Shown piece after piece: positions 20,151 through 30,661 of a stretch of 64,000 nt of DNA (its first letter is position 1; each line of letters begins with the position of its first letter). This stretch comes from an uncultured Thiotrichales bacterium (GTDB taxonomy: Bacteria > Pseudomonadota > Gammaproteobacteria > UWMA-0217). Made by a program: the position numbers and the translations under genes. A model generated the notes under the pieces. That model saw only the letters and a list, made by a program, of their open reading frames with translations. It made no database searches and was not told where the DNA came from. The stretch spans positions 449 through 64,448 of the forward strand of contig CAZUJU010000015.1 in the NCBI GenBank assembly GCA_964620675.1, read 5' to 3'.

Positions 20151-20996
20151 ATGTCGAACCGATCGATCTTAATCACCGGATGTTCCAGCGGCATTGGGTT
20201 GTGCGTGGCCGAGGGTCTGCGCGCGCGCGGCTACCGTGTCTTCGCGAGCGCGCGTCAACCGGAAGACGTCGAGCGGCTTGAGCGTGAGGGCTTTGCTGCT
20301 GTACACCTCGACCTCGCCTCCAGCGGGACGATCGCGCAGGCGGTCAATGAGGTGCTCACCCATACCGGCGGTACGCTCGATGCGCTGTTCAATAATGGCG
20401 CCTACGGCCAACCTGGGGCGGTGGAGGATTTGACCCGTTCCACGCTACGCGAGCAGTTCGAGACCAATTTGTTTGGGACCGTCGAACTCACCAATCGGGT
20501 GGTCGCGGTCATGAGGCGCCAGGGCCACGGGCGTATCGTGCAAAACAGTTCCGTGCTGGGATTGGCGGCGTTTCCGTATCGCGGCGCCTATGTGGCTACG
20601 AAATTCGCGCTTGAGGGAATCTCGGACACCTTGCGGCTAGAACTCATGGGGACAGGTATCGAGATTGTGCTGATCGAGCCGGGCCCGATTGAAAGCCGTT
20701 TTCGCTTGAATGCGCTGGCGGCGTTTCGTCGCAATATCGATATCGAGGGCAGCGCGCACCGGGAAGCCTACCTCGCGCAACTCCACCGGCTCGAAAAACC
20801 CGGACCCGCGGCGCCGTTCACCTTGCCCGCGGCGGCGGTACTGAAAAAACTGATTCAGGCACTCGAAGCGCCGCGGCCGAAGCCGCGCTATTACGTCACC
20901 GTGCCCACTTACGTGTTCGGCACCTTGCGGCGCCTGTTGCCGACCCGGTGGCTTGACCGGGTCTTGTTGGCCAGCTCCGGCGGAGGCAAGCGCTGA
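20151..20996 (+). CDS. Short-chain dehydrogenase/reductase (YbbO-like)
   Basis: ITGCSSGIG, NNGAYG and YVATK (YxxxK) motifs. Confidence 0.9.
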   Translation: MSNRSILITGCSSGIGLCVAEGLRARGYRVFASARQPEDVERLEREGFAAVHLDLASSGTIAQAVNEVLTHTGGTLDALFNNGAYGQPGAVEDLTRSTLREQFETNLFGTVELTNRVVAVMRRQGHGRIVQNSSVLGLAAFPYRGAYVATKFALEGISDTLRLELMGTGIEIVLIEPGPIESRFRLNALAAFRRNIDIEGSAHREAYLAQLHRLEKPGPAAPFTLPAAAVLKKLIQALEAPRPKPRYYVTVPTYVFGTLRRLLPTRWLDRVLLASSGGGKR

Positions 20997-21050
20997 TCCG
21001 CGGCGAATGCCGTGTGGATCGGCGTCTCGCCGCGTAAGCTTGCAGATGTA

Positions 21051-21428
21051 TCAGTGTGCGCCGACGCCTTGCGGGCGGTGACTTTGCATAATGAGCTTGG
21101 CTTCCGCCTCGCCGAGCCCGTGGCGGAACATCAGCTCTTCCACATTGGCCCCACGGCGGGCGGTTTCGATCGCTTGCAGGTAATTGTTGTTGTAATTGCC
21201 GTAGAGTTCGCGCACGTGGAATTCCTGGCGGGTCTGGTCGAGCGAGGTTTGCAGCGCGGCGGCGGCGTTACGGGCTTCGCTGATTTCCGCGGCCATCGCG
21301 TTCAAGCGGGTCGCAAGCTTCCGCCCGCGCAGGATGACCATGGTCTGAACCACGATCAAGGCGACGATGGCAAGCGAAAGTGCCATCACAACATCGAGCG
21401 GATTGAGTTGACTCAATGGCGAAAACAT
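21051..21428 (-). CDS. DUF2802 family membrane-anchored protein
   Basis: N-terminal TM helix, coiled coil, and C-terminal YLQAIETARRGANVEELM..GL..AEAKLI motif. Confidence 0.75.
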   Translation of the reverse strand: MFSPLSQLNPLDVVMALSLAIVALIVVQTMVILRGRKLATRLNAMAAEISEARNAAAALQTSLDQTRQEFHVRELYGNYNNNYLQAIETARRGANVEELMFRHGLGEAEAKLIMQSHRPQGVGAH

Positions 21429-21501
21429 ATCAGCGATCTCCTAGCGTTGATTCAAGGTATTCAATGTGGCAGGGCAAGTGCGAGGCGAATTTGTGGTGGA
21501 A

Positions 21502-22248
21502 TCAATCCGACCAGTCGCCGAGACCGGCACGGATGCGCGCGATCGCCTGGCCGTGAATTTGGCTGACGCGCGATTCACTCACCCCGAGTACCGCGCCGAT
21601 TTCCTTCAAGTTCATGTCCTCGGTGTAATACAGCGCCATGACCAGCTTTTCGCGCTCCGGCAGGCGCTCGATCGCGTCGGCGACCACGCGATGAACCTCT
21701 TCGCTTTGTAACAGCTGCTGGGGTGTCGCGTCGGTCGAGGCGATGTCGAAAACGCGCGAGTTGCCTTCGTCATCGCCCTCGTCCTGTTCGTCCATCGACA
21801 ACAGTTGCGCGAACGACGCTTCCCGCACGATTTTTTGATACTCCGCCAGCGGCAGTTTCATTTCAGCGGCGATTTCACCTTCGCTGGCGCGGCGGTGCAG
21901 GCGCGCCTCGACGCGTCTTACGGCGTCGCTGATCTCGCGCAGATTGCGACTGACCGAGCGCGGGGTCCAATCGGAACCGCGGACTTCGTCGAGCATCGCG
22001 CCGCGAACCCGAATCCCGGCGTAGGTCTCAAAGCTTGCGCCTTGGGTGGGATCGAACTGGCGTACTGCTTCCATCAATCCGATCATCCCGGCCTGAATCA
22101 GGTCCGCGACTTGAACATTGTCGGGCAGGCGCCCGGACAAATGGTGCGCGATGCGCTTTACCAGCGGCGCGTGCCGCTCGATCATGTCCTCCAGCGGGGT
22201 CTGCTCGACCTGACCCCAAGGGGTTTTCTGGCTTACGGCGTATGTCAT
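21502..22248 (-). CDS. fliA: Flagellar sigma factor sigma28
   Basis: DLIQAGMIGL, YAGIRVRGAMLDE.R..DW and LGVSESRVSQIH motifs. Confidence 0.96.
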   Translation of the reverse strand: MTYAVSQKTPWGQVEQTPLEDMIERHAPLVKRIAHHLSGRLPDNVQVADLIQAGMIGLMEAVRQFDPTQGASFETYAGIRVRGAMLDEVRGSDWTPRSVSRNLREISDAVRRVEARLHRRASEGEIAAEMKLPLAEYQKIVREASFAQLLSMDEQDEGDDEGNSRVFDIASTDATPQQLLQSEEVHRVVADAIERLPEREKLVMALYYTEDMNLKEIGAVLGVSESRVSQIHGQAIARIRAGLGDWSD

Positions 22249-23063
22249 ACGGCTTCCTGCGCCAACAGTCGTTCAAAGAAAAATTCGAGGCGGCCGGTGG
22301 GCACTTCGGGCGCGGCCAATGCCTCGATGCGCGCGGCAATACGCTCGAGCGCGCGCGCGCCGCGACTGTGCGGATAGCTTTGCGTCAGCAGTTTGCGCTG
22401 CTGGTTGGCGCGGCGGATGAATTCATCCTGCGGCACGCTGCCGAGAAACGCGACGTTGACGTCGAGAAAGCGATCGGTGGTGTCGGTGATCCGCCGGTAA
22501 ACCGCGAGTCCGGCCTGTTCGGTTTCCACCATGTTCGCGAGCACCTGAAACTTGCGTACGCCGTAGTCGCGGTTCAAGACCTTGATCAGTGCGTAGCTGT
22601 CTGCGAGCGAAGAGGGGTCTTCGCAGGCCACCACGATGACCTCGTGCGCGGCGTTGCAAAAGCTCATGACGCTGTCGCTGATGCCGGCCGCGGTGTCGAT
22701 GATCAGGGTGTCGACCGGGTGGGTCAGCGTGCTGAAGGCCCGGATCAGCCCGACATGTTCCGCCTTACTGAGATCCGACATCCGTTGTACCCCGGACGCG
22801 GCGGGTACGATCAGCAGCCCGCCCGGACCGTGGATGACAACCTCGTCGAGCGTGCGTTCGCCGCTCAACACGTGAAACAGGTTGTAGCGGGGGCGCAGGC
22901 CTAACAAGACGTCAATGTTTGCGAGGCCGAGATCGGCGTCGAGCAGCATCACCTGGTGGTCGCGCAGCGCGAGTTGGGCGGCGAGATTCGCGGAGAGGGT
23001 GGTCTTGCCAACGCCGCCTTTGCCGCTGGTGACGGCGATGACCTTGATCGGTTTGGGTTCCAT
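22245..23063 (-). CDS. flhG: Flagellar number regulator FlhG/FleN (MinD-like ATPase)
   Basis: SGKGGVGKT and DADLGLAN motifs; lies between flhF and fliA. Confidence 0.94.
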   Translation of the reverse strand: MEPKPIKVIAVTSGKGGVGKTTLSANLAAQLALRDHQVMLLDADLGLANIDVLLGLRPRYNLFHVLSGERTLDEVVIHGPGGLLIVPAASGVQRMSDLSKAEHVGLIRAFSTLTHPVDTLIIDTAAGISDSVMSFCNAAHEVIVVACEDPSSLADSYALIKVLNRDYGVRKFQVLANMVETEQAGLAVYRRITDTTDRFLDVNVAFLGSVPQDEFIRRANQQRKLLTQSYPHSRGARALERIAARIEALAAPEVPTGRLEFFFERLLAQEAV

Positions 23064-23089
23064 GAGCGTGGTATCTATTTTGCCTGCGG

Positions 23090-24643
23090 TTACTGTTGCG
23101 GAAGGCTCTTTTGCGGGAACGCCAATTCATCGGCGCGGGGAAGAAAATTCCCCTGCGCGCGTTCCACCGACTCGGGGTCGTGTAGTTTGGCGAGTGCGAC
23201 GGCCTTGGCCACCAGGTGTTGCGGGGTCGCGACGTGCAGGTCTTCAGTAATTCGCGGACCGTCGCACCAGTAGGACACTGGCACGCGGTGACGGATTACG
23301 GCGGAGAGCGCGCCGCCCAGAGTGTTGGCCTCATCCACCTTAGTCAGAATGCAGGATTTCATCGGGGTGCCGGTAAACGCGGCAACCACGCGGTCGAGCG
23401 TGTAGGGCTGCATGTGCGTCGGCAGTACCAGATAATTGCGCAGCTTTGGCAGATCCATCCAGAGTGTCGCGAGGCGGCGCGGATTGGCGATATCCTCGGT
23501 GTTCATACTCGGGGTATCGACCAGTACCAGACGTTTATCCGTCGTAAGAGACAGGATTTGCTGAATCTCCTCGGGGCGTTTGGCCCATAGGATCGGCACG
23601 TTGAACAGCCGCGCAAACGTCAGTAATTGTTCGTGGGCGCCGATGCGCTTGTAGTCGGTGCTCACGTACATGATGTCGCGCGCGGTGTAGCGCTGTAGAA
23701 ATTGGGCCGTGAGTTTTGCGATCGTTGTGGTCTTGCCCGCGCCGGCCGGACCGAGCAAAACAATCTGGCCGCCATCGCGCAAGATCTCGTCCTCGCCGAC
23801 CGGGATGTGGCGGACGAGGAGTTCGAGCGCCTGTTTGGTCGCGCTGCGTACGTCCTGGGCGTCGACATTCGGCAGCGCGGAGATGACCTGCGAGGCGAGT
23901 CCGCGATTTAGACCGAGCCGGGTCAAATGGCGCAACAGCTTGGTGCGGTTGGGGCTGAAGGCGGCCCATTCGCGCGTTTGCAGGGTGTTGAACTGGCTTT
24001 CGAGCAGACCGCGCAACTGGTTGATTTCGTTTCGTACCGAGTTGATCGACGCATCGGGATCGCTGCCGTTACGCGCAACTGATGGCGCGGCGGGTTTTGC
24101 GTGAGGCGCGGGTTGGGCGGTGGACTGCGGCGGCATGTCCGGCGCTGCGCCGCCGGCACGATTGGCGCCGAACAAGGTTTCGCGCGGTGGCGGCTGCTTT
24201 GATGCGTCGGGTGCCGGTTCGTTGAATCGATAAGGCGAGTCCGGCGCCGCGCCGTTGCGCGCGCGGGCCGCGAACGACCAGGGCTGCGCCGCGGGATTTT
24301 GCGCGGGCGGTTGCGGGATCGAGTAGCCGCGCGGCTCGGTGCCACCGCCATTCGGGTAGATCGATGCGCTGTCGCGCGCCGGGGCGGCTTGGGTGGCCCA
24401 GGGGTCGGCGCTCGCGGGCCGCGCGGTGTTCATATTCGCATCGCGTTGCTGGAGCAGATCACCCAAGTCGGCTTCGAGTTCGCCCTTTTCGCGCAACTCG
24501 TCGGCCTCGTCCAGCGCGGCGATGATTTCCACGCCGTCCGCCGTGGGGCGGTTGCTCATGATGATTGCTTCCGAGCCCAACTCCCGGCGCACCATCAGCA
24601 GCGCCTTGCGGGTGTCGGCAGCGAAAAACCGTCTGATCTTCAT
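23090..24643 (-). CDS. flhF: Flagellar SRP-type GTPase FlhF
   Basis: MKIRRFFA N-terminus; GPAGAGKTTTIAKL; TKVDE; long Pro/Ala linker. Confidence 0.92.
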   Translation of the reverse strand: MKIRRFFAADTRKALLMVRRELGSEAIIMSNRPTADGVEIIAALDEADELREKGELEADLGDLLQQRDANMNTARPASADPWATQAAPARDSASIYPNGGGTEPRGYSIPQPPAQNPAAQPWSFAARARNGAAPDSPYRFNEPAPDASKQPPPRETLFGANRAGGAAPDMPPQSTAQPAPHAKPAAPSVARNGSDPDASINSVRNEINQLRGLLESQFNTLQTREWAAFSPNRTKLLRHLTRLGLNRGLASQVISALPNVDAQDVRSATKQALELLVRHIPVGEDEILRDGGQIVLLGPAGAGKTTTIAKLTAQFLQRYTARDIMYVSTDYKRIGAHEQLLTFARLFNVPILWAKRPEEIQQILSLTTDKRLVLVDTPSMNTEDIANPRRLATLWMDLPKLRNYLVLPTHMQPYTLDRVVAAFTGTPMKSCILTKVDEANTLGGALSAVIRHRVPVSYWCDGPRITEDLHVATPQHLVAKAVALAKLHDPESVERAQGNFLPRADELAFPQKSLPQQ

Positions 24644-24671
24644 TTACCTTACCTTCCTTGATAAGCGCGGG

Positions 24672-26783
24672 TTATGCCGCGTGTTCAATGCTGCCTTGAG
24701 TCAGCAAGTTGCCAATGTTCGCCAGGACGCGAATCCGTTTGTTCTCTGCGATCTCGTTGTAAGCCAGTACGCGCAGGCCAGGCACTGAGCGGTTGACTAA
24801 GCGTGCCAGCCCCATTCGCAGCGCTGGGGATACCAGGAGTACTGCCGGATGTCCGCTCATTTCGAGGCGCTGAGTCTGATCGCCGAGAACTTCGGTCAGG
24901 CGTTCGGCGAGGCCAGGCTCGACGACGACTGCGTGACCCGTCTGGGGTTGCAATGACTTAAGCAATATCTGTTCCAGCTCCGTGCCGAGTGTTACAACCG
25001 GGAGCTCTTCGTCCAAGCCGTTGATTTGTTGAGTGATCATCCGGCGCAGCGCGACCCGGACCACCCCCGTCAATGCGTCGGCATCTTGACTGGTGTTGGC
25101 GTGCTCCGCCAATGCTTCGGCGATCGTGCGCAGATCGCGGACCGGGATGCCTTCGCGCAGCAGGTTTTGCAGGACACGCGCGACGGTGCTCAGCGGCAAC
25201 GCTTTCGGCACCAGCGATTCGACCAGCTTGGGCGCGGTCTTGCCGAGGTGGTGCAGCAGCTGTTGCGCCTCCTCGTGACCCAGCAAGTCGTGGGCATGCT
25301 CGCGCAACACTTTGTTGAGATGGGTGGCGACGACGGTGCCGGCGTCAACCACGGTGTAGCCGAGCATTTGGGCGTGTTCGCGCTGGGCGGGGTCGATCCA
25401 CACCGCGTCCATGCCGAAGGCTGGATCGCGGGTCGGGCTGCCACGCAGCTCGCCATAGACCTCGCCGGGGTTGATCGCGAGTTCCTTGTCCGCGAGGACC
25501 TCGCCTTCGCCTTCCGGTACGCCAAGTACGGTCACGCGATAATGAGTCGGTGCCAGATCGAGGTTGTCGCGGATATGCACCGGCTGGATCAGGAAACCGA
25601 GTTCCTCCGACAGCTTGCGGCGGACACCCTTGATCCGCCCGAGTAGGCTGCCGTCCTGTTGGCTGTCGACCAGCGGGATGAGCTTGTAGCCGACTTCGAG
25701 GCCGATGATGTCGACCTGCTTGATGTCGTCCCAGCCAAGGTCGCGGTTCTCGGGGTTTTCGGTCGTCGCGGACTGGGCCGTGGGCGCTGGCGTCGAGTCG
25801 ATCCGGTTTTTTCGAATCTTCCACGCCGCGGCGCCGGCGAGTCCGGACAGCCCGAGAAAGACCAGATTCGGCATGCCCGGTACGATCCCGACGATACCGA
25901 GAATGCCGGCCGTCACGCCCAGCGCGCGCGGATCCTGGAACATCTGCTGGGTCATCAGCTGACCCATGTCCTGCGAGTTGGAGACCCGGGTGACGATGAC
26001 CGCGGTCGCCGCCGACAGCAGCAACGCCGGGATTTGCGCCACCAGCGCATCACCGATCGACAGCAGGATGTAGGTCTCGCCCGCTGCGCTGAACGGCAGG
26101 CCATGTTGCGCCATGCCGATCGCCATGCCGCCGATGATGTTGATGAACAGGATCAGCAATCCGGCGATCGCGTCGCCGCGCACGAATTTACTGGCGCCGT
26201 CCATCGAACCGTAGAAATCCGCCTCCTGCGTGATTTCCTGGCGCCGGGCGCGGGCCTCGTCCTGCGTTAAAAGCCCGGCGTTGAGGTCGGCATCCACCGC
26301 CATCTGTTTGCCAGGCATCGCGTCGAGGGTGAAGCGGGCGCTGACCTCGGAGACCCGTCCGGCGCCTTTGGTGACGACCACAAAGTTGATGATCACCAGA
26401 ATCGAGAACACCACGATACCGACCGCGAAGTTGCCGCCAATCACAAACGCGCCGAAGGCCTCGATCACCTGACCGGCCGCGTGCGAACCGGTATGACCTT
26501 CAAGCAGCACCACCCGGGTGGAGGCGATATTCAGTGCCAGCCGCAGGAGTGTCGCAATCAGCAGCACGGTCGGAAACGCCGAGAAATTCAGCGGCCGCAG
26601 GGTGTAAATCGTCACTAACATCACCACCAGCGACAGCGCGATATTGAACGTGAACAATACGTCCAGCCCGAACGGCGGCACCGGCAGAATGATCATGGCC
26701 AGCATCAGCATCAACACCAGCGGCGCGCCCAGCCCGCTGCGGCTTGCGCTCGCCATGAAATTGCCCAATGTTCCGACTTGCAT
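24672..26783 (-). CDS. flhA: Flagellar export protein FlhA
   Basis: RFTLDAMPGKQMA and FYGSMDGASKFVRGDAIAG motifs. Confidence 0.97.
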   Translation of the reverse strand: MQVGTLGNFMASASRSGLGAPLVLMLMLAMIILPVPPFGLDVLFTFNIALSLVVMLVTIYTLRPLNFSAFPTVLLIATLLRLALNIASTRVVLLEGHTGSHAAGQVIEAFGAFVIGGNFAVGIVVFSILVIINFVVVTKGAGRVSEVSARFTLDAMPGKQMAVDADLNAGLLTQDEARARRQEITQEADFYGSMDGASKFVRGDAIAGLLILFINIIGGMAIGMAQHGLPFSAAGETYILLSIGDALVAQIPALLLSAATAVIVTRVSNSQDMGQLMTQQMFQDPRALGVTAGILGIVGIVPGMPNLVFLGLSGLAGAAAWKIRKNRIDSTPAPTAQSATTENPENRDLGWDDIKQVDIIGLEVGYKLIPLVDSQQDGSLLGRIKGVRRKLSEELGFLIQPVHIRDNLDLAPTHYRVTVLGVPEGEGEVLADKELAINPGEVYGELRGSPTRDPAFGMDAVWIDPAQREHAQMLGYTVVDAGTVVATHLNKVLREHAHDLLGHEEAQQLLHHLGKTAPKLVESLVPKALPLSTVARVLQNLLREGIPVRDLRTIAEALAEHANTSQDADALTGVVRVALRRMITQQINGLDEELPVVTLGTELEQILLKSLQPQTGHAVVVEPGLAERLTEVLGDQTQRLEMSGHPAVLLVSPALRMGLARLVNRSVPGLRVLAYNEIAENKRIRVLANIGNLLTQGSIEHAA

Positions 26784-26833
26784 GTCTTTTTCTCCTTAAA
26801 TTACGGGTGAGGGGATGATGGGGGTCATCCACC

Positions 26834-27994
26834 TCACGCTGGGCGCTGCCGTTTGCGCGCCAGCGCTTCAATGTCAGCCGGGATCGGCAGATCGTTCGGC
26901 GTCTCCGGCACCATGCCGCCATTACGCACCACGGCGCGCAGCTGGTGTATGTAAGCGAGCACGCGAGCGACCGCGACGTACAGGCCGGTCGGAATCTCCT
27001 GATTGAGCTCGGTGCTGTGATAGATCGCCCGTGCCAGCGGGGGGGCCGCGAAGATCGGCACATCATGCGCGGCCGCGATCTCGCGAATTTTGAGGGCGAC
27101 CTCATCGACCCCGCTCGCGACCAACGTCGGTGCGCCGGTTTTGCCGTCCTCATAACGCAACGCAACCGCGTAGTGGGTCGGGTTGGTAATGACCACGCTG
27201 GCCTCCGGTATCGCCTGCATCATCCGGCGCTGCGCCCACTCGCGTTGGAGCGCGCGGATCTTACCCTTGACCTCAGGATTACCGTCGGTCTCTTTCATCT
27301 CCTCCTTGATTTCCTGGCGGGTCATCTTGAGCTGTTTGGTGTGCTGCCAGAGCTGAAACGGGACATCCGCTGCCGTAATCAGCACCAGTACCGCGACCAG
27401 CCCGAGCAGCAGCCCGTCAAGCATCGAGGCTGCGTGCACCGCCGCTTGGTCGAGCGGCTCAACCGCCAGACCGAGCAAGGCCGGCGTGAACTGGTGCAGG
27501 GTCCACACCGCGACCGCCGCCAGCAGCATGAATTTGAAGAATGACTTGGTCATTTCGACCAGGCCCTGGGTGCCGAAGATGCGTTTGAGTCCTTTCAGCG
27601 GGTTCAACTTGTTCCACTTGAACCCAAGCGCTTGCCAGGAAAAATTGAAGCCGCCGAGTGCGACCGAGCCGGCAATCGCGGCGATGATCATCAGCGCGAA
27701 AACCGGCGCCACCAGCAACAGACCGTCGAGGATTACGCGATATAAACTATCCAGCACCGCCGCCTTGTCGAACATTCGTTCGCGCTCGATTTGGAGGCCG
27801 CGGCGGATGATTTCGCGCAACGCGTCAACCGTGGCGGGGCCAAAGAATACCAGCGCAATCCCGGCGAAGATCATCACCATCAAGGTGTTGAGTTCCTTGG
27901 AGCGCGCAATCTGACCCTTCTCCCGCGCCTGTTGGAGGCGTTTCGCGGTCGGTTGTTCGGTGCGTTCCTGACCGCTGTTCTGGTCCGCGGCCAT
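26834..27994 (-). CDS. flhB: Flagellar export protein FlhB
   Basis: TNPTHYAVAL autocleavage motif. Confidence 0.97.
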   Translation of the reverse strand: MAADQNSGQERTEQPTAKRLQQAREKGQIARSKELNTLMVMIFAGIALVFFGPATVDALREIIRRGLQIERERMFDKAAVLDSLYRVILDGLLLVAPVFALMIIAAIAGSVALGGFNFSWQALGFKWNKLNPLKGLKRIFGTQGLVEMTKSFFKFMLLAAVAVWTLHQFTPALLGLAVEPLDQAAVHAASMLDGLLLGLVAVLVLITAADVPFQLWQHTKQLKMTRQEIKEEMKETDGNPEVKGKIRALQREWAQRRMMQAIPEASVVITNPTHYAVALRYEDGKTGAPTLVASGVDEVALKIREIAAAHDVPIFAAPPLARAIYHSTELNQEIPTGLYVAVARVLAYIHQLRAVVRNGGMVPETPNDLPIPADIEALARKRQRPA

Positions 27995-28783
27995 TTAAAA
28001 GCGCCCCCGTAACCAGTTGTTCAGATTCACAAAGGCCTGCTCCATCAAGCTTTCGAAGACCTCCGGCAGGGTCGGCAACACCGACATCAGGATCACCAGG
28101 CCGGTCAACAGGGTAAGCGGAAAGCCGACCGAAAAGATGTTCAATTGCGGTGCCGCGCGGGTAATCACGCCCAACGAGAGGTTGACCGCGAGCAGGGAGA
28201 TCACCGCCGGCAGCGCGATCGACATCGCCCCGGTGAACATCGTCGCGCTCCATTCGACCAGCAGCCAGTAGGCCTCGAACGGGAGGCCACCACCGCCGAG
28301 CGGGAGGTAACTAAAGCTGTCCGCGACCATTTGAATCAACGCGAGATGACCGTTCAGTACCAGAAAGAGCAAGGTCGCGAGAATCATGAATAACTGGCCG
28401 ACCATTGGCACCTGGACCCCGTTCTGCGGATCGGCCATCAGCGCGAATCCGAGCCCCATGCTGAGCGCCACGAACTCACCAGCGATAATTGCGGCCTGCA
28501 GCACCAGTTGCAGCATCAATCCCATGAAGGCGCCGATCAGCACCTGATGAATGCTCACCAGCAGCCCGTCGGCGGACAACGGGTCGAGCGCCGGCGCGGC
28601 GCCGGTTTGCGGCAGCATGACCACGGTTAGCATCACCGCCAGTGCGGCGCGGATGCGCAGCGGCACATTCCGGCCGCCGATCGCCGGCATCACCATCAGC
28701 ATCGCGCTGACCCGCAACAGCGGCCAGACAAACGCGCCGACCCAGGCGGTGATCTCGGCGGTGGTAAGGATCAGCGGTTGCAT
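27995..28783 (-). CDS. fliR: Flagellar export protein FliR
   Basis: TRAAPQLNIFSVGFP motif; synteny. Confidence 0.95.
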   Translation of the reverse strand: MQPLILTTAEITAWVGAFVWPLLRVSAMLMVMPAIGGRNVPLRIRAALAVMLTVVMLPQTGAAPALDPLSADGLLVSIHQVLIGAFMGLMLQLVLQAAIIAGEFVALSMGLGFALMADPQNGVQVPMVGQLFMILATLLFLVLNGHLALIQMVADSFSYLPLGGGGLPFEAYWLLVEWSATMFTGAMSIALPAVISLLAVNLSLGVITRAAPQLNIFSVGFPLTLLTGLVILMSVLPTLPEVFESLMEQAFVNLNNWLRGRF

Positions 28784-28796
28784 CCCGGCGCGCCGC

Positions 28797-29066
28797 TCAC
28801 CCGATCAGATGCGGAATGTCCTCGATCAGCTTGCGGGTGTAGTCGAGCAGCACCTGCAGCAGCCATGGCCCGGTGGCGAACAGCATCACGACCATCACCG
28901 CGAGCTTGGGGACGAAGCTCAGGGTTGCTTCGTTGATCGAGGTCGCCGCCTGGATCATGCCGATGAAGAGACCGATCGCAAGCGCCGCCGCCAGCAACGG
29001 TGCCGCCAGCAGCACGATGACGATCAACGCGTCCTGGCCAATGTTGATGATCGAATCGGGGGTCAT
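28797..29066 (-). CDS. fliQ: Flagellar export protein FliQ
   Basis: QAATSINEATLSFVPK motif. Confidence 0.95.
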   Translation of the reverse strand: MTPDSIINIGQDALIVIVLLAAPLLAAALAIGLFIGMIQAATSINEATLSFVPKLAVMVVMLFATGPWLLQVLLDYTRKLIEDIPHLIG

Positions 29067-29091
29067 GGTGTCATTCCGTTGACGGGCGGTT

Positions 29092-29835
29092 TCAGGTCGT
29101 CAGATAAAAGCTGCCGGCGAGGGTGCCGAGGATCAGCGACCAGCCGTCTACCAAGACGAACAACATCAGCTTGAACGGCAGCGAGATCATGATCGGGGAG
29201 AGCATCATCATCCCCATCGACATCAGTACGCTTGCCACCACCAGATCGATGATCAGGAACGGCAGAAACAGCAGAAAGCCGATCTGGAACGCGGTCTTGA
29301 GTTCACTGGTGACGAACGCCGGCAACAGCACGGTCATCGACACGTCGTCGGGCGAGGTGAGTTTGTCGGTGCCCGACAGGTTGACGAACAGCGCGACATC
29401 GTCTTCCCGCGTCTGCTTCAGCATAAACTCGCGAAACGGGATCGAACCCTTTTCGATCGCCGCGGTAAAACCGATCTCGTCGTTCAAGTACGGCGTGATC
29501 GCTTCGCCGTAGACGCGCTCGAAAACCGGCTGCATCACAAACAGGGTCAGAAACAGCGCCAGCCCGAGCAGGATCTGATTCGAGGGTGTCTGGGCGGTGC
29601 CGAGTGCGGTGCGCAGAATCGCCAGGACGATGATAATTCGGGTGAAGCTCGTCATCATCAGCATGAAGGCCGGCAGCATCGTCAGCGCCGTCATCAGCGC
29701 CAGGGCCTGCAGGCTGAGGCTCCAGGTCTCTTCGCCGGGGCCGGTGGATTGCACCGTCACCGCCGGAAATCCGCCCTGGGCGTAGGCCGAACCTGCGCCC
29801 AGAGTCAGGGCCAGAATGACCAGCCAGCGGCTCAT
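29092..29835 (-). CDS. fliP: Flagellar export protein FliP
   Basis: [26 protein letters not shown] and MGMMMLSP motifs. Confidence 0.96.
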   Translation of the reverse strand: MSRWLVILALTLGAGSAYAQGGFPAVTVQSTGPGEETWSLSLQALALMTALTMLPAFMLMMTSFTRIIIVLAILRTALGTAQTPSNQILLGLALFLTLFVMQPVFERVYGEAITPYLNDEIGFTAAIEKGSIPFREFMLKQTREDDVALFVNLSGTDKLTSPDDVSMTVLLPAFVTSELKTAFQIGFLLFLPFLIIDLVVASVLMSMGMMMLSPIMISLPFKLMLFVLVDGWSLILGTLAGSFYLTT

Positions 29836-30266
29836 GTGGACTCGTCCTTGTGGAGGGCCTTGCGGAACCGCGCGGCGAAGTCGCCGGTGCTGTCGCTCCC
29901 CAAGGCCGCAACGTCTGCGTCGGTGAGTTCGTGCAACTTGGTGATCTGTTGCGCGGTGATACCGAGTAACAGATGGCTTTCGCCAACCTGCAATACGACC
30001 AAGCGCTCCCGCGTCCCCAGCGCGAGGCTGGCGCGGATCTTGAGCGCGGCGTGATGCAACCCGCCGAACTTGCCGCCGAGACGGCGCATCCACCAGGCCA
30101 ACCCGGCAAAGGCCGCTACCATCAGCAGTAGGGTCACGATCATCCGGCCGATTTCCGGGGTGCCCGGGCCAGGCAGGGTCAGGCCGGGGTCGGCTGCGTG
30201 ACTTGACGCGTTGACGACGAGTGCCAGCACGGCCAGCAGTCCGCGCGAATAAAATGGTCGATCCAT
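29832..30266 (-). CDS. fliO: Flagellar protein FliO
   Basis: TM helix then [19 protein letters not shown]; lies between fliN and fliP. Confidence 0.88.
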   Translation of the reverse strand: MDRPFYSRGLLAVLALVVNASSHAADPGLTLPGPGTPEIGRMIVTLLLMVAAFAGLAWWMRRLGGKFGGLHHAALKIRASLALGTRERLVVLQVGESHLLLGITAQQITKLHELTDADVAALGSDSTGDFAARFRKALHKDEST

Positions 30267-30289
30267 GACGAACGTCTATCCGGTGAGGT

Positions 30290-30661
30290 TCAACGCAGGC
30301 GCTTGACCCGTTCCATCGGGCTTACGACGTCGGTCAGGCGGATCCCGAACTTGTCGTCGATCACCACCGCCTCGCCGCGTGCGACCAGCGTGCCGTTGAC
30401 CAGGACATCCATCGGCTCGTCGGCCATCCGCTGCAACTCGACGACCGAGCCCTTGGTGAGGCGCAGCAGGTCGCGAATGCTGATACGGGTACGTCCCAGT
30501 TCCATCGACAGAGTCACTGGAATATCCAACACCATATCGAGGTTACGTGGATTCTGGTCGCCTTCGGCCACCGCCTCGAGCGGCGGGCGGGCTTGCGGTT
30601 TGGTGCCGGCCGGCGGATTACCGGGCATTTCGGACTGAAACGCGGCGTTGGATTCACTCAT
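30290..30661 (-). CDS. fliN: Flagellar motor switch protein FliN
   Basis: [14 protein letters not shown] and [13 protein letters not shown] motifs. Confidence 0.95.
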   Translation of the reverse strand: MSESNAAFQSEMPGNPPAGTKPQARPPLEAVAEGDQNPRNLDMVLDIPVTLSMELGRTRISIRDLLRLTKGSVVELQRMADEPMDVLVNGTLVARGEAVVIDDKFGIRLTDVVSPMERVKRLR

